From Convolutriloba macropyga (lineage: Eukaryota): a stretch of DNA of 64,000 bases. The number at the start of each line of letters is the position of its first letter. Positions within the stretch are counted from its first letter, which is position 1. Below the pieces are notes generated by a model. The model was not told the DNA's origin. It searched no databases and worked only from the letters and a program-made list of their open reading frames with translations. The translations under genes and the position numbers were made by a program. Where the stretch lies: contig NC_134480.1 in the NCBI RefSeq assembly GCF_964194025.1, positions 27,156,001 to 27,220,000 on the forward strand, written 5' to 3'. Of the stretch, positions 39,101-50,292 are shown piece by piece.

Positions 39101-39697
39101 CTCGGAGTTACATGCCTATGAGGTACTTAAGCAGACACTAAAAAACATAAGAGGAAAATGTAATATTTCACCAATTTCAATGGGTTTCTCAATGCAAAAT
39201 TGCCTTAAAAAAAGCAAGCGGTTGATTAAAAACAAAATAACTCAAGGTAAAAATCTATTTCACAGTTTTTCAATAATAGTTAGGATAAGGCGAGTTTTAA
39301 GAATGCTTCTAGGTTACGATGATGAAATAATAGAAAAGATTGAAAACATGTCTACTGCCGAAACAAAAAATTTCTGTCATCAATTTCTAGATAATTATAT
39401 TTTGGGTAATGAGGACATAGTCAGACTGTTGTATGAGTTTTAATATCACTACTCAAAGGCGTTCCATAACCAGAATAATGTTTTCACTAGGTTTAATGCT
39501 ACCTTGAAAAATAGTGCTTCCTCTTTTTTTTTCTTTCTTCATTTTGAATCACTTTCATCCAGATAAACTGAACGAGACACTTGAGAACGGGCCATCGGCC
39601 CAATAGTGCTCTCCCACAGTCAAATATGTGATTGTATTTGTACAAGTAATTGTGAAAAGCTACTTATTGACTGATGGAAACAATTTATTATTATTTT
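36120..39697 (+). mobile_element. CR1/L2-group non-LTR retrotransposon (APE endonuclease + RT), ORF broken by 4 frameshifts
   Basis: APE motifs QNIRS, CLTETWL, RGGGVA, CGDFN, PTR...TLID, TDH; linker FNEFFANIG; RT motifs KIAKVIP, QFGFR, FLDLKKAFDTVDH, GVPQGSILGPLLF, YADD, KYLG. Coding ~36568-39443. Short (TTA)n-like tail at ~39684-39697. Candidate 9-bp TSD taaatattg at 36111-36119 and 39698-39706 (tentative). Confidence 0.92.
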
Positions 39698-39709
39698 TAA
39701 ATATTGTAT

Positions 39710-40300
39710 CGTAGTGAGCAAACTAAAAGTTTAAAATTTTCGTCGTACATTTTCTATAAACTCATCGATATAGAGAAGACAAATGAGGCCTAGCACTTTT
39801 CCTTGCGGAACACCATTCATTTTTGTTCTATCTGTGATAACTGTCTGTAAGACAGACTCGAACATTTTTACAAATGCTCCCAAAAAGCCTATTTAAGCCT
39901 GGCTTTTGCTGCTGATTATTGGTGTTAATTGCGAATGGTGTAGCCTTTCCATGCGAGCCAGAATTTCAAAGAGACTCCTGCAAAGTCACGTAACCTTGCT
40001 CCAAACACTCACGTGCACTTTTAAAATGCCGAAAGTCAGAAGTTCCTATATACCTAGCCAGATGTTGACTTCCATGGACTTTCGTCATTTTAAAAAGCGC
40101 AAATTTTGTTTTAAGCAAGCGTACATGACTCTGCAGAAGTCACTTCGAAATTCTGGCTTAACATCTCGAAACGCTTCGCGGTACTCAATAAACGGCACTC
40201 AGCCATTTTTTGAGATTTCAATGTTTCCCGTGCTTGTTCCAATATAAATTAATCGCCTTTACTGTCATGCTTACATAACTGTGCGGTGAAAACAAATTTT
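39710..40300 (-). mobile_element. Older decayed LINE RT remnant, antisense to the neighbouring LINE
   Basis: The minus strand around 39770-39820 reads NGVPQGKVLGLICLLYIDE (RT motif B). Extent uncertain. Confidence 0.55.
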
Positions 40301-40354
40301 GGTACTGGTAATTAAAAGCATGAGTGTGTGGATAGTTATTTTCAGTTGTGTTGT

Positions 40355-40603
40355 ATGAAGACGTGGAGTTGCCACCAGCTCCTTGGCTTCTGCTGGGAAG
40401 ATGTGTGCCAGGCACTCTGGATGAGGTACCCCAACTCATTCACACCCCACGTCACAACAGAAGACACCCTCTCTAGAGGAGTTAGGTCATGGGGGAGTGG
40501 GGGTGGGAATGTCTTGTATTCTGTGAGGCTGTTGACTAAAAGGAGTCCCATTCCTGATTGGGCGACTAAGCTCACCAGACAATCATTTGTCCATATCATT
40601 GAG
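40355..40603 (+). CDS. PRELID1: PRELI-domain mitochondrial lipid-transfer protein (PRELID1/Ups1-like), coding exon 1 (83 aa)
   Basis: WEDVCQALWMRYPNSFTPHVTTEDTLSR...SVRLLTKRSPIPDWA...VHIIE aligns by eye to PRELID1 [28 protein letters not shown]...SRRLLTKTNRMPRWA...VYVLE. Donor GTCAGT at 40604, phase 0. Confidence 0.88.
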
Positions 40604-40633
40604 GTCAGTTAGGTCACATCCATGCTCGAAGCT

Positions 40634-40667
40634 GTGTGTGTGTGTGTGTGTGTGGGGGGGGGGGGGG
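40634..40667. repeat. (TG)n microsatellite abutting a poly-G run
   Basis: tgtgtgtg...tgtggggggggggggggg, directly visible. Confidence 0.9.
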
Positions 40668-40900
40668 CACAAAAGGAAAAGGTCCGTTATGTAGCACATC
40701 ACTATGTAAAAATAGTGTAGATCCTTGAAATTTCACAACGCCCTAATAGTGTTATAGTGGTTTATATCAAATTGTAAATGTTAGGCTGTGCCAACCATCA
40801 TTAGTCCCAAAATACACTTTAGGTTGTTCGCAATTGATTATGAAGAGGACATATTTTGGTAACTGTTCACTGTTGTTCACCGTGAGAGGAGGAAACGGTT

Positions 40901-41001
40901 ACGCACGTGCCATATTTTCACATAATGATTTACTATGTAATGGCACGTGATCTGTAACTGGGGGAGCATAACGTACTGGGGGGCACAAACGGAAAAGATC
41001 C
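40901..41001. mobile_element. Partial copy of the 2955-3106 MITE (internal part + right TIR); a second diverged right TIR lies at ~40661-40685
   Basis: acgcacgtgc.atattt...cataatgatttactatgtaat..cacgtg.tctgtaactgggg...ggggcacaaacggaaaagatcc is shared with 3016-3104. Confidence 0.8.
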
Positions 41002-41383
41002 TTCTGTTTATAACAAAATTTGATTTATCGAATTAATTTTGACTATGGAGAGCAAAAAAAAACACTTAATCACTTCTACCGGAACACCTGAAAAGAGCCT
41101 ATTTGTGCGTGATGTTAAAAGATTCCACGAGAATTCGTTGAACCTTTTTCTCAAACTGATTGTTGCTTGCTTAATAATTTCAGCTTTATGTGGGTATTAG
41201 TTTTATGCATATTTGACGAATCGGTCGCAAAAATATGAAAACTGCTAACCATAAAAGGTAACCACAATTGTGTATACGCTAGTTTAAAGAACATGTTACG
41301 CTCGTTTTGAGAATATTGAGATTTATTGTTGTAATATTTGTTTTGGTTTCTCTAGCTATTAAACTCATTTGAATGTACTTTGC

Positions 41384-41389
41384 AAAAAA
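41384..41389 (-). terminator. RNA polymerase III terminator (T6) of the tRNA gene
   Basis: Six A on the + strand (= T6 on -), 4 nt downstream of the tRNA 3' end. Confidence 0.75.
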
Positions 41390-41393
41390 TATT

Positions 41394-41465
41394 TAGCAGG
41401 AGGTAGTTTCGATCTACCGACCTCTGGGTTATGGGCCCAGCACGCTTCCGCTGCGCCATCCTGCT
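41394..41465 (-). tRNA. Initiator tRNA-Met (anticodon CAT)
   Basis: Reverse complement AGCAGGATGGCGCAGCGGAAGCGTGCTGGGCCCATAACCCAGAGGTCGGTAGATCGAAACTACCTCCTGCTA: 72 nt, A1:U72 pair, three consecutive G:C pairs in the anticodon stem and a GATCGAAA T-loop (A54/A60), all eukaryotic initiator hallmarks. Acceptor and T stems pair fully. Confidence 0.97.
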
Positions 41466-41735
41466 CTGAATTATCGAATAATAAGACGAATTTGTAAGCT
41501 TTCTTTTGGTAGTACACGCAATTAATTGTATATCGCTCCCGAATGATAGTGTTGAACTGAACGTATCGTTTTTTCACATTGCCACCTAAATGCAATGGAA
41601 TGGGATTATAAAAAGCACACGTCTGGCCTATTATAGCCCCCTGAAAATTATTACCCCCCTTAGATATTAGAGAGGCTCCACCCCTTTGTATGGAATGTCG
41701 GTCAATTAAAACAAAATGGCCCGTTCCTGTTTTAG

Positions 41736-42197
41736 CATTCCTGGGTTGACTGCAAGCGCAAACTTTTTGTGACAGTCACTGAAAACCTCAACCAGCGCAA
41801 CTCAATGTGTGTCACAGAGCGATGCACGTACTCAGCAGCCAAACCAACAGATAATGACGTCATCAAACCTGTCATCGTCAAAAACCCACTAGAAAAGTCA
41901 GAAACATGTTCAAGGCTTCGGTTCCCCTCTTTTTCGAGGAAAAAATCTTTAGAAGATCACAACTCAGGTAACGATAAAAGCGACAACAGGGAAACAACTC
42001 CAGAACAAGCGCCAAAATTTGATCAAATCCAGCAAGACCTGGCCAATGTTACGATTGTCAAACGGGAGGTTTGGGTGACGTCACAGCGAACAGGGTTGAA
42101 AACTGCTTTGGAGTCGTTCGGAAAACAGAGGTACAAAATAAACGTGAGGAAAACATTGTGTGGACTTCTGGAAGTTCTGGAAACGTTGAAAAAGTGA
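41736..42197 (+). CDS. PRELID1: PRELID1/Ups1-like protein, coding exon 2 (153 aa + stop)
   Basis: Acceptor ctgttttAG ends at 41735. HSWVDCKRKLFVTVTENLNQRNSMCVTERCTY...TIVKREVWVTSQRTGLKTALESFGKQRYKINVRKTLCGL matches PRELID1 DSIVDP...TFTWNIN...VEERCVY...TEIRREAWVSS..FG..RAVQEFGLARFKSNVTKTMKG. Total 236 aa. Confidence 0.88.
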   Translation, partial: HSWVDCKRKLFVTVTENLNQRNSMCVTERCTYSAAKPTDNDVIKPVIVKNPLEKSETCSRLRFPSFSRKKSLEDHNSGNDKSDNRETTPEQAPKFDQIQQDLANVTIVKREVWVTSQRTGLKTALESFGKQRYKINVRKTLCGLLEVLETLKK

Positions 42198-43493
42198 ATC
42201 TAAATTATTGTTTTCGATCTTCTCTGGCCCACGGTTAAATATCAGATGACAAAAAAAACTTCGGATTTTTTTCGCCCCAATCAAAAATGACCATAATTTT
42301 TCACTTCTTTATAAATATATAAATGAATTTTCTTTCAAAATGTTAGCAGATAGATCAGGCGCTGTCATTGCATTAATTCAGCTGTTTTTTTTTTCAAGTA
42401 TACTTTGTCATCATTGGGCTAAGAAAAGAAACGGTGAACTTGCTCATTAGTGTAATTTGCGATTGTCATCACTTGTTCTACATGCACATCATTTTATTGC
42501 TGAACATCTTTGATATTTTGTTCTATAATAGTCAAATCAGATCTGCCATTTTTGATTCAAACTAAGTGAAGGTTAATAGCTTAGCGAAAAAGAAGGCTTG
42601 AACTGAATCGAAGGAAGGAAAGCACACTCAAAGCGACAATTTGATTCATTTGACCTGCGAATTTTGAAGAATAAAAAACTCAGATGTTAAAAGTACGAAG
42701 CAGCTGCACTTAGTGATATAGTACGCTGTTTGTTGATAAAATAGATCTTTACCGCTAAATAGATCCCCCAAGTAAGTTAGGCGCCCCCCATTTGTATATG
42801 TTCTCACATTTTGTATGCATTTGAATTATTTCATGTGAATACGCGTGAGTGGGGGTATTCAGAAAATATTAACAGAGCGGTGGTTCGAAATCAATACGTG
42901 CATAATAATAACGAACTGCATATAATGTAAACATCAACCAAAAACTTGTTATCATTGCATTTTTAGGAATTACATGCTCTGTAAAGGGGTCTACTAAAAG
43001 ATCCGATAAAATTTTCTCGCGTTAAATATTGTAAGTTTCTACCCGAGTTGATGCCGTGACCATAGCTGAGTTGCAGACTCTTATCACATTCCGAGTGTAA
43101 ACTGCCAATTTCCTGAACAGACGTAGAAAGTTGCTGAGACTTAAAAGCGTCTACTAACAGGCGTTGTTGATAAAACAAGGACTGTTAGACGACCTCATCT
43201 TTCGGTGCTCATGAAAAGCTACAATTTGGCTGAGCTAGAATTTTCGAGGTTTTTCAAATTCTTTCACTCGTTTTTTTGTTTTTCCAAAATAGTGGGCTAC
43301 TGTGTCGTAAAAATTGAGCAATCTCGGAAAAATCTTTATACGCCTTATGGAAGTTCTTGGAAATGTTTGTTAGCTCAGTTACAACTTAGTTTATCTCTTT
43401 TGCGCAATTTTAATCGGCACCTGTTGCGATAATAGCAGATAAATAAACTGCCAGAGTAATAAATTTTAATGCCCGATCGACACCGGAAAAACA

Positions 43494-43598
43494 TTTCAGC
43501 ATTAGACTACGAGTTCATCACACTCTTTTATCGCCACCGTTACTAATTAAACGGTGGCGATAAAAGAGTGGTGATAAACTCGTAGTCTAATGATGAAA
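43494..43598. repeat. Long near-perfect inverted repeat (hairpin, ~48-bp arms, 8-nt loop)
   Basis: tttcagcattagactacgagttcatcacactcttttatcgccaccgtt / actaatta / aacggtggcgataaaagagtggtgataaactcgtagtctaatgatgaaa: 2 mismatches + 1 bulge. Confidence 0.92.
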
Positions 43599-44525
43599 AC
43601 AGTTTGATAAACTTGTAGCCTTAAAAACAAACAAAGAGTACAATCAAGCTTTTGGCTATTGGTTAACTATATGTATAGTACATAATCCGGCCAAATAACT
43701 CTGGCAAAACGAGCAGTTAAAAAAAGTAGAAACCAATGGGACAAATTAATTATAAAGAACAACAGTTGTTTGGGTTTAATTTGTCTAATCTGTATCAGCT
43801 TCTGAAAATGCACCTTTTTTACCGCGCTCAATTAGAGATGCAAAAAAAAACTAGTTCATTGTTTTATGTTGCCCGAAAAACAATATCACAATAGAAGCTT
43901 GTCGTGGTTGTCCAATAAAAGCTCTAGCTAATAAGTTTTTCATCCGCTAGTCAAGTCCGAGTTCAAAACTCTGTAATTTGCGTCACGAAGCATACCAATT
44001 TCTAGAAAAAGTTCCAATTTATTTGAGGTTTTTCAGAGTAAGAAATGCACCCCCTGAAGTTCATTGTATGTGGATCAGTCAAAATTTGAGATTTCACAAA
44101 CTTTGTCTCCCCCTTTACTCCACCCTCTTTCCCCACCCACCCATTCCCCCTTAAAAAACATCCATGAGTTTATGAAGAATTTAACAAAAATTAGAAAGAA
44201 ATTGTTAATTATTCATCTTGATTGGTCCTTCAAATACATTTGAGTTGTTGCTGTGATGTGGTATAAAGTTTGTGGTGAAAATTGGTCGCTTTTGCTGGTT
44301 TTGTCTTCACTAATAAACATTTTCAAATAGTTATTTGTGGCTCCTTGAAAAGTATCAAAGAGCTATCCAAAGATACTTTCAAAAGTGTTTCATCAGTTGC
44401 AGTTTGGAGCCATTTATTCCAGAGTTTACACGCCCATTACACAGGGAATTTTCGCTCAAAAAATCACTCATTTTGACTGTTCAATTTTGAAACGATCGCA
44501 ACATGGCTTGATTAAAAAATTACTG

Positions 44526-44611
44526 CACGGTTGTTATCACCCTCGAAGTTATCATAACACCTCGGCTTCGCACCGGAGTTTGATAACTTCTCGGTGGCGA
44601 TAAGAACCGTG
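44526..44611. repeat. Degenerate hairpin related to the 43494 hairpin
   Basis: cacggttgttatcaccctcgaagttatca...tgataacttctcggtggcgataagaaccgtg. Shares cggtggcgataa with the 43.5-kb hairpin. Confidence 0.7.
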
Positions 44612-45237
44612 TGGTAATATTCGTTGCAGAACTGCTGTTGTAGAAGACTAAGCGCAACTGACAGTACAAACGAATAGCGTTAATATTCGGGTATGGAGCT
44701 ACAATTTCTCTCAAACAGAGCGGCGATTCAATTATTCTTAATTGGTTAGTACCATAGCTGTCAACACTGAATTTTTATATGCCTCAGGAAATACCAAAAC
44801 GGAGTTTAAATAAGATAAGATAGAACATGAGTCCGGAAATCCTTTGGAATGTCCGGCCGTCTTGGTCGCAAACGTATTATGCTCGGAACTCTGCTTGTCT
44901 TAGGCTTACCAGAACTAAAACGTAATTATACAAAGTGATCAGCAGTGGGCAAAAAAGTGAATTTAATCAACTGACTTACATAATAAACAACAGATTTACC
45001 AATTTATATTTTATACTCTGAGCTATAAAATCAACTGCGTGGTAGTGTCCTGTTACGGTTCCGTGAAATTTTACGTTGAGTAAGATTGCAATATTATATC
45101 AGCCAACCAGCAATTGCAAGCCTAATAGCTGTATATATGCACAGATTTTCAGAAAATTTGGTTATTGTTTCAAGGCAGCTGTTTTATTTAGGTTGTCCAA
45201 TCAAATCAATCATAGGTTGTTTAAGAGTAAAGTTTAT

Positions 45238-46450
45238 GCGTGGTTGATGAGATGTTGAATTGGGTACAAGCACTTAGTCACAGTCATCACTATCTAAATT
45301 AGCGGCTATTCTTCTGCTGCTGAGCTTGAATGGCCAGTCAGTGGACTTTATCCTCGCAGAGTTAGAAACAGTTCCACTACAAATTCACTGCTTTATATAG
45401 TGCCTATTTATACTGCTTGCCAGTTGGCATAACCTGACTGGTTGATTCACTATGTCGACATAGACTACAGCAATAGCACAGTAACATTGCGTCATATAGC
45501 ACTAAAATTGTTTGAGTTTGTTATTGTCTTTAGTAGCACTATAGCACTATTACATCTGCTCCCAGTTTTGAGAAACTAAACAGTTTTTTTTCAGTTTGTG
45601 ATTAGGACTTCTTCTCTGTTTGATACAGATCTCTTTCTGTTTTTGTATTGCTCTACTGCATCCAGATATTTTGTTTTGTTGACATATCTGCTACGGCAAT
45701 AATTCAATAATCTTCAGACACCAAAATGTGGGCAAAATCTGCCTCACCAAAGAGCCATTTTAGGCAAACAAATAAAGTCAACTCTTTTCGGCGTTTTCAA
45801 TAATAAAAGAATATATCTGACTGATAAATTGAACATCGCAGTCCGAAATCAGAATCATAACTATTGGTAACCACAAAAACTATGCAAGAAATTCATCCCT
45901 CCGGGGACAAAAAGAAAAGAAAATAGTGGTTACAGTTAACCGAAGAATGAAATTCTAGCAATCTTGAAATTCTAACAATCTTAAGGTATAAATTTTTTGG
46001 TGCTTGGTGCACCAGATTTGGAGTAAAAATTTTGCGTGGTTAATCAGATGTTGAATTGGAAACAAGCACTCAGTTACAGTCATCATTATCTAATGTAGCG
46101 CATAAATTTTTATTACTAATGTGAGGAAACAAGCTAAGCATTAGTTTTTACTGCTCTAGCTATATCGCTATGCGTTTAGCTGCAGCGCTCAACTGAGCTT
46201 GTTGTTGACGGCTATTCCTCTGCTACTGGGCGTGAATCGCCAACCAGTGGATTGTATCCTTGCATAGTTGGAAAAAGTGCTGTTACTGCAAATTCACTGC
46301 TTTTTATAGTGCCTATTTATACTGCTTGCCAGCTGACATAGCCTGATTGGTTGACTCACTATGTCGACATAGACTACAGCAATAGCACAGTAAGATTGCA
46401 TCATAGCACAAAATGTTAGAGTTTGGTTTTGTATGTAGTAGCACTACTAC
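45238..46450. repeat. Diverged direct repeat pair (~310 bp at 45238-45550 and ~415 bp at 46034-46450)
   Basis: Shared gatgttgaattgg.aacaagcact, caaattcactgcttt.tatagtgcctatttatactgcttgccag and cactatgtcgacatagactacagcaatagcacagtaa. The second copy has a ~100-bp extra segment. Confidence 0.85.
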
Positions 46451-47467
46451 AATTGTAAAGCAGATAAGGCACTGTTTTTTAAACGGGTTATGGACGTTCG
46501 CAAAGAAAATATGTTTTGTTCTAAATATAAGAAAAGTTAATTTCTCTAGAGAAAATAAGAATATGTTATTCAGATACTAGAGGATAGAGATTAACAGGAG
46601 GAATCCATATAATAGATCAATATTGGTGATACAAAAGAGGAATCAAAGATACTCGAAAAAAGCAGTTTTTTAATGCTCGACAACAATGAGGGAAATCAAT
46701 ATTAGAGTCTATTGTTGCATTGTGATTCATTGTGGAAAAATAGTGTGTCTCCCAACTTACTGCTATTATTGGTACTTTTCTGACAAATCATACAATAGAA
46801 AGCAACTAATTTAGAAAGCAACTAATTTTAAGTAATTGAATAACTGAAATTCACATTAGTTGTTCTAAAATCAGTACATCAATGGTGCAGGTTAGAGAAA
46901 TATTCATACTTTCTAACATAAAGGTAAAGAGTTTAAATCTAATTTCTTACTCCTAACAAAATACGCGTCGGCTTAAAAGAAACAAACATATTTTACGAGC
47001 AGAGTGGCCTTGTCTTCAGACGTAATATTATTGTTATTTGTCTTTGCTAGGACTGCTAGCAAAATCATTTCTGAAATAGCATTGCCGAGCCTCCTTTCTA
47101 GAATAGAACTTTTCGAGTACTAACCCCTCTCGCCCCTTAGGAGTGTAGGGAATAGACGTTTTCATACCTCTGCTATCTTTTATAAGCTGCAATGCCATGG
47201 TCCTTTGACACTGATAAGGCTGTAAAAGCCATTAGCAGGATGTAAACATGAAATATTTTGTTCACGCGTGCTTATGAACAGCAAAAATTTGATCACTGGG
47301 ATGTTCACTTTATTCCTGTATTACACAATGATATGACGGTTATACACAGCGGGAGCGAAAAAGTATATGACGGTTATACACAGCGGGAGCGAAAAAGTTT
47401 AAAACTGCTGGAGGGAAATAATATAACAATTAGAGAATGTTTCAAATTTGTGGCATTGTGTCTATTG

Positions 47468-47652
47468 TTAGTGACAATTTTCGATTCTTCTTTCCACAGA
47501 CGTCACTTCAATAGAGATTCCATCTTCGACATCCGGGTGGAAACTGCGTGCATAGTTCACCTGTTGAACTCCAGAACTAGTCGATGCCTGATTTATGTCT
47601 TGCTCGGCCATATTACACTCTGCCGTTTCTTCTCTCTTCACCAAATTCCTGT
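47468..47652 (-). CDS. Possible terminal exon of a minus-strand gene (polar, low-complexity tail)
   Basis: Acceptor tgactttttAG, then RNLVKREETAECNMAEQDINQASTSSGVQQVNYARSFHPDVEDGISIEVTSVERRIENCH*. Higher GC than the flanks. No recognisable domain. Confidence 0.4.
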
Positions 47653-50292
47653 CTAAAAAGTCAAACCTTGAAAGTTGAAGCTTAGACAAGCTAACTCTCT
47701 TACAGTGTTCAGCATAAAAGGGGGCATCAGCATGCTAATTTTCCAATGTTTATACCTCGGTGCTTTGTTTTTAGTAACTTACATTTCTATTTTTCAACTT
47801 TGACCTTTGCATTAGTTTTGCATTGTTCGCTTACGTTTCAACTTGATGACAATCTATATTAACTGATTCCTTCATCACACCTCTGATGGGAGCATTTTGC
47901 AGGTTTTGGCTCCTGATCAGACGGAACTATATGGAATCATTCTTTGATCAGCCTATTATGCGGCGAACAACTTCGTGCGACATCCGTTTCAAAAATGTTT
48001 AGACTTTCATAAGTTCAAAAATTTTAAAGCTTGGAGTCGACCCGAACGCTTGAATCAATCTGAACATTATAGCAATCACCTACACCAATTTAGCTTTTGT
48101 CTACTGGTTATGAAAAACGTTACGAACACATTGCATCACATATATATGAACTTTGTAAATGTGATGAAATGGTCTTTGTAATTCTTAATTAAAACAAAAA
48201 CATAGCTGACTAAGGTCGGATGATTTGCTCTCGAACCACAGACAGCGTCAGTTGAATTTAGAGAAGGTGTAGCTTAGAAATTTTTATGGGTGCGAAAACT
48301 CCGAGCTCATAGTGGTTCGCACCCACACACTCACTCCAGGAGAGGAGTCTAAAGTATTAACTACTGCCCAACAACAGATTTGATCCTGAGCCGCTCGCAA
48401 TTGTTTTTATATCAGCTATTAAGATCACTCAAGAATGAAGAAGTAAAGCGTGAAAAAGTCACTTGATAACTCATATAATGATCTAGAACAAAAGCTCAAA
48501 AACGGTCGAGCGACATGAACATAAAAGACACACATGTTTACAGTAATTGCCCCAAACTTCACCAGAGAGCATTAATCAATTCATAGAATCAGTCAACGTC
48601 AGTTAATCTCCCGAAACATCATTGCAATCGTGTCATGAGTTTGTGCCCATAACACAATATCACCCAATTGCGTTAACAAGTCAAGCTAAACCGAGTTCGT
48701 ACTCTCCAATGTTGATGTTTTGTACTGTATTGGCCGACGTGTAAAGTGTTTAAAAAAGTTGAACGTTTTGCTCACACAATTGGGTTTTCATTCCATCAAA
48801 ATTTTTTGGCCTAGTGTGCCTATTTAATGTTTTCACAAAATTGACAAGCTGTAGGAGCCTTGTTCCTGCCCACTTTGCAACTTGCTTTGCCCTGGTTTCC
48901 TTTATCAAAACAAGTGACATCCATTGGATCCATCAACTGATTGCAGCGACGGGTCCTCTTAAAACAGGAATCCATCCATCGGCCAAAAAGGCTGCTCGAT
49001 TTCAATTACCGTAATTTGCACAGAATTTAACCCATTGTGCCTCATAAAAACTTCGAGGGTCTCAATCAAAGCCTTAAAAAGAAAACGGTTAAATAGTCTA
49101 ATGAGTCGAAAAAATGTTGAATTTGTTTATCTCATAATTTTCATTGCAATACCAACAAGGAGGCTCGGTTATGTGCGTGCGCACATAAGGTTCCGACCCC
49201 GCTCATACACATTCTTGACTTTATTGGCTACCAAATGATGAAGAGATAGAAAACTTTCGTTCCAAAGACATACAAATCGTTCCATAAACAGCCAAAGGAA
49301 TACAATAATGCCACCCTAGAGGGCCGATAAACGTTGTTGATAATATGACTACTAGAGAGGACAATAATAAATATAAAACAACAATGATTATTTACGACCA
49401 AAATTCGATTTCTATAGTATATAAAATCATAACAAAATCAAACTCGCATCAGATAAAATCTAAACGAAAGAATTGAACCTATACATCATTAGAAAAAATA
49501 TGGAACCTGTCCTCAATGCCACTGGTTAATAGTTCGACAAAAAACCAAAGAGGTGCGAAGTTCAAAAACACGTTTTTTTTAAAAAATTAATTTAACTGAA
49601 ATACCTAAAATGTTCATTTATATCTCCATAGGAAGCAATTGAGACGTCATAACCCGCTGTTTAATTGCGCAAAATTTCGCAAATAGGACCTACAATTATT
49701 GTTATGAATTAAAAAGAAAACCAAAATTCCTATAAAATGTACAGATACAAAAATATCTCAAATATTTTATGAAATCTCATATAAACAGCAGTAACAAAGC
49801 CGACAAACAAATGTTCGAAGCTAAAACAGTTATAGAGATTAAATTCTATTTCATAGGAAACGGGTTCTGACCTGTATTTACAGAGACTGAGCTACAAGTC
49901 GACCGAAAAATTAATTAAAAATGACGAAGCTCAAAAACTCACTTATGTTTTTGAAAACAAATGTTTTCAAAAGTCATAACAGACTTCAAATCTTTCAAAA
50001 AACAGCGATGGGTTAATTTGCAATACCCCAGGAAGCCAATTGACTGGTTAATAATGAGACTAAAACATGATCCCTCAAAATAACAACAAATATATAAAGA
50101 AGCAAGAAAATTTACGAGATCACATTGTTCAAGGCACTATAATTATAAGATGTTACCTGCAAGAATTGTACATGGCTAGTTATTCCTAAATTTAACATCA
50201 AAAATTCTTCCTTCTACAAGGATTACGTAGACATGATAACAAAAAGATACCCAGGAATTGAACCGTCTAGAAATCTCGAAATTTTTTAATGA

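Noticed and set aside
8364-42197. Functional mitochondrial gene cluster (SQOR + PRELID1)
   Set aside because: The genes are ~18 kb apart, with an unrelated gene and many TEs between them. There is no evidence of co-regulation, and chance proximity is sufficient.
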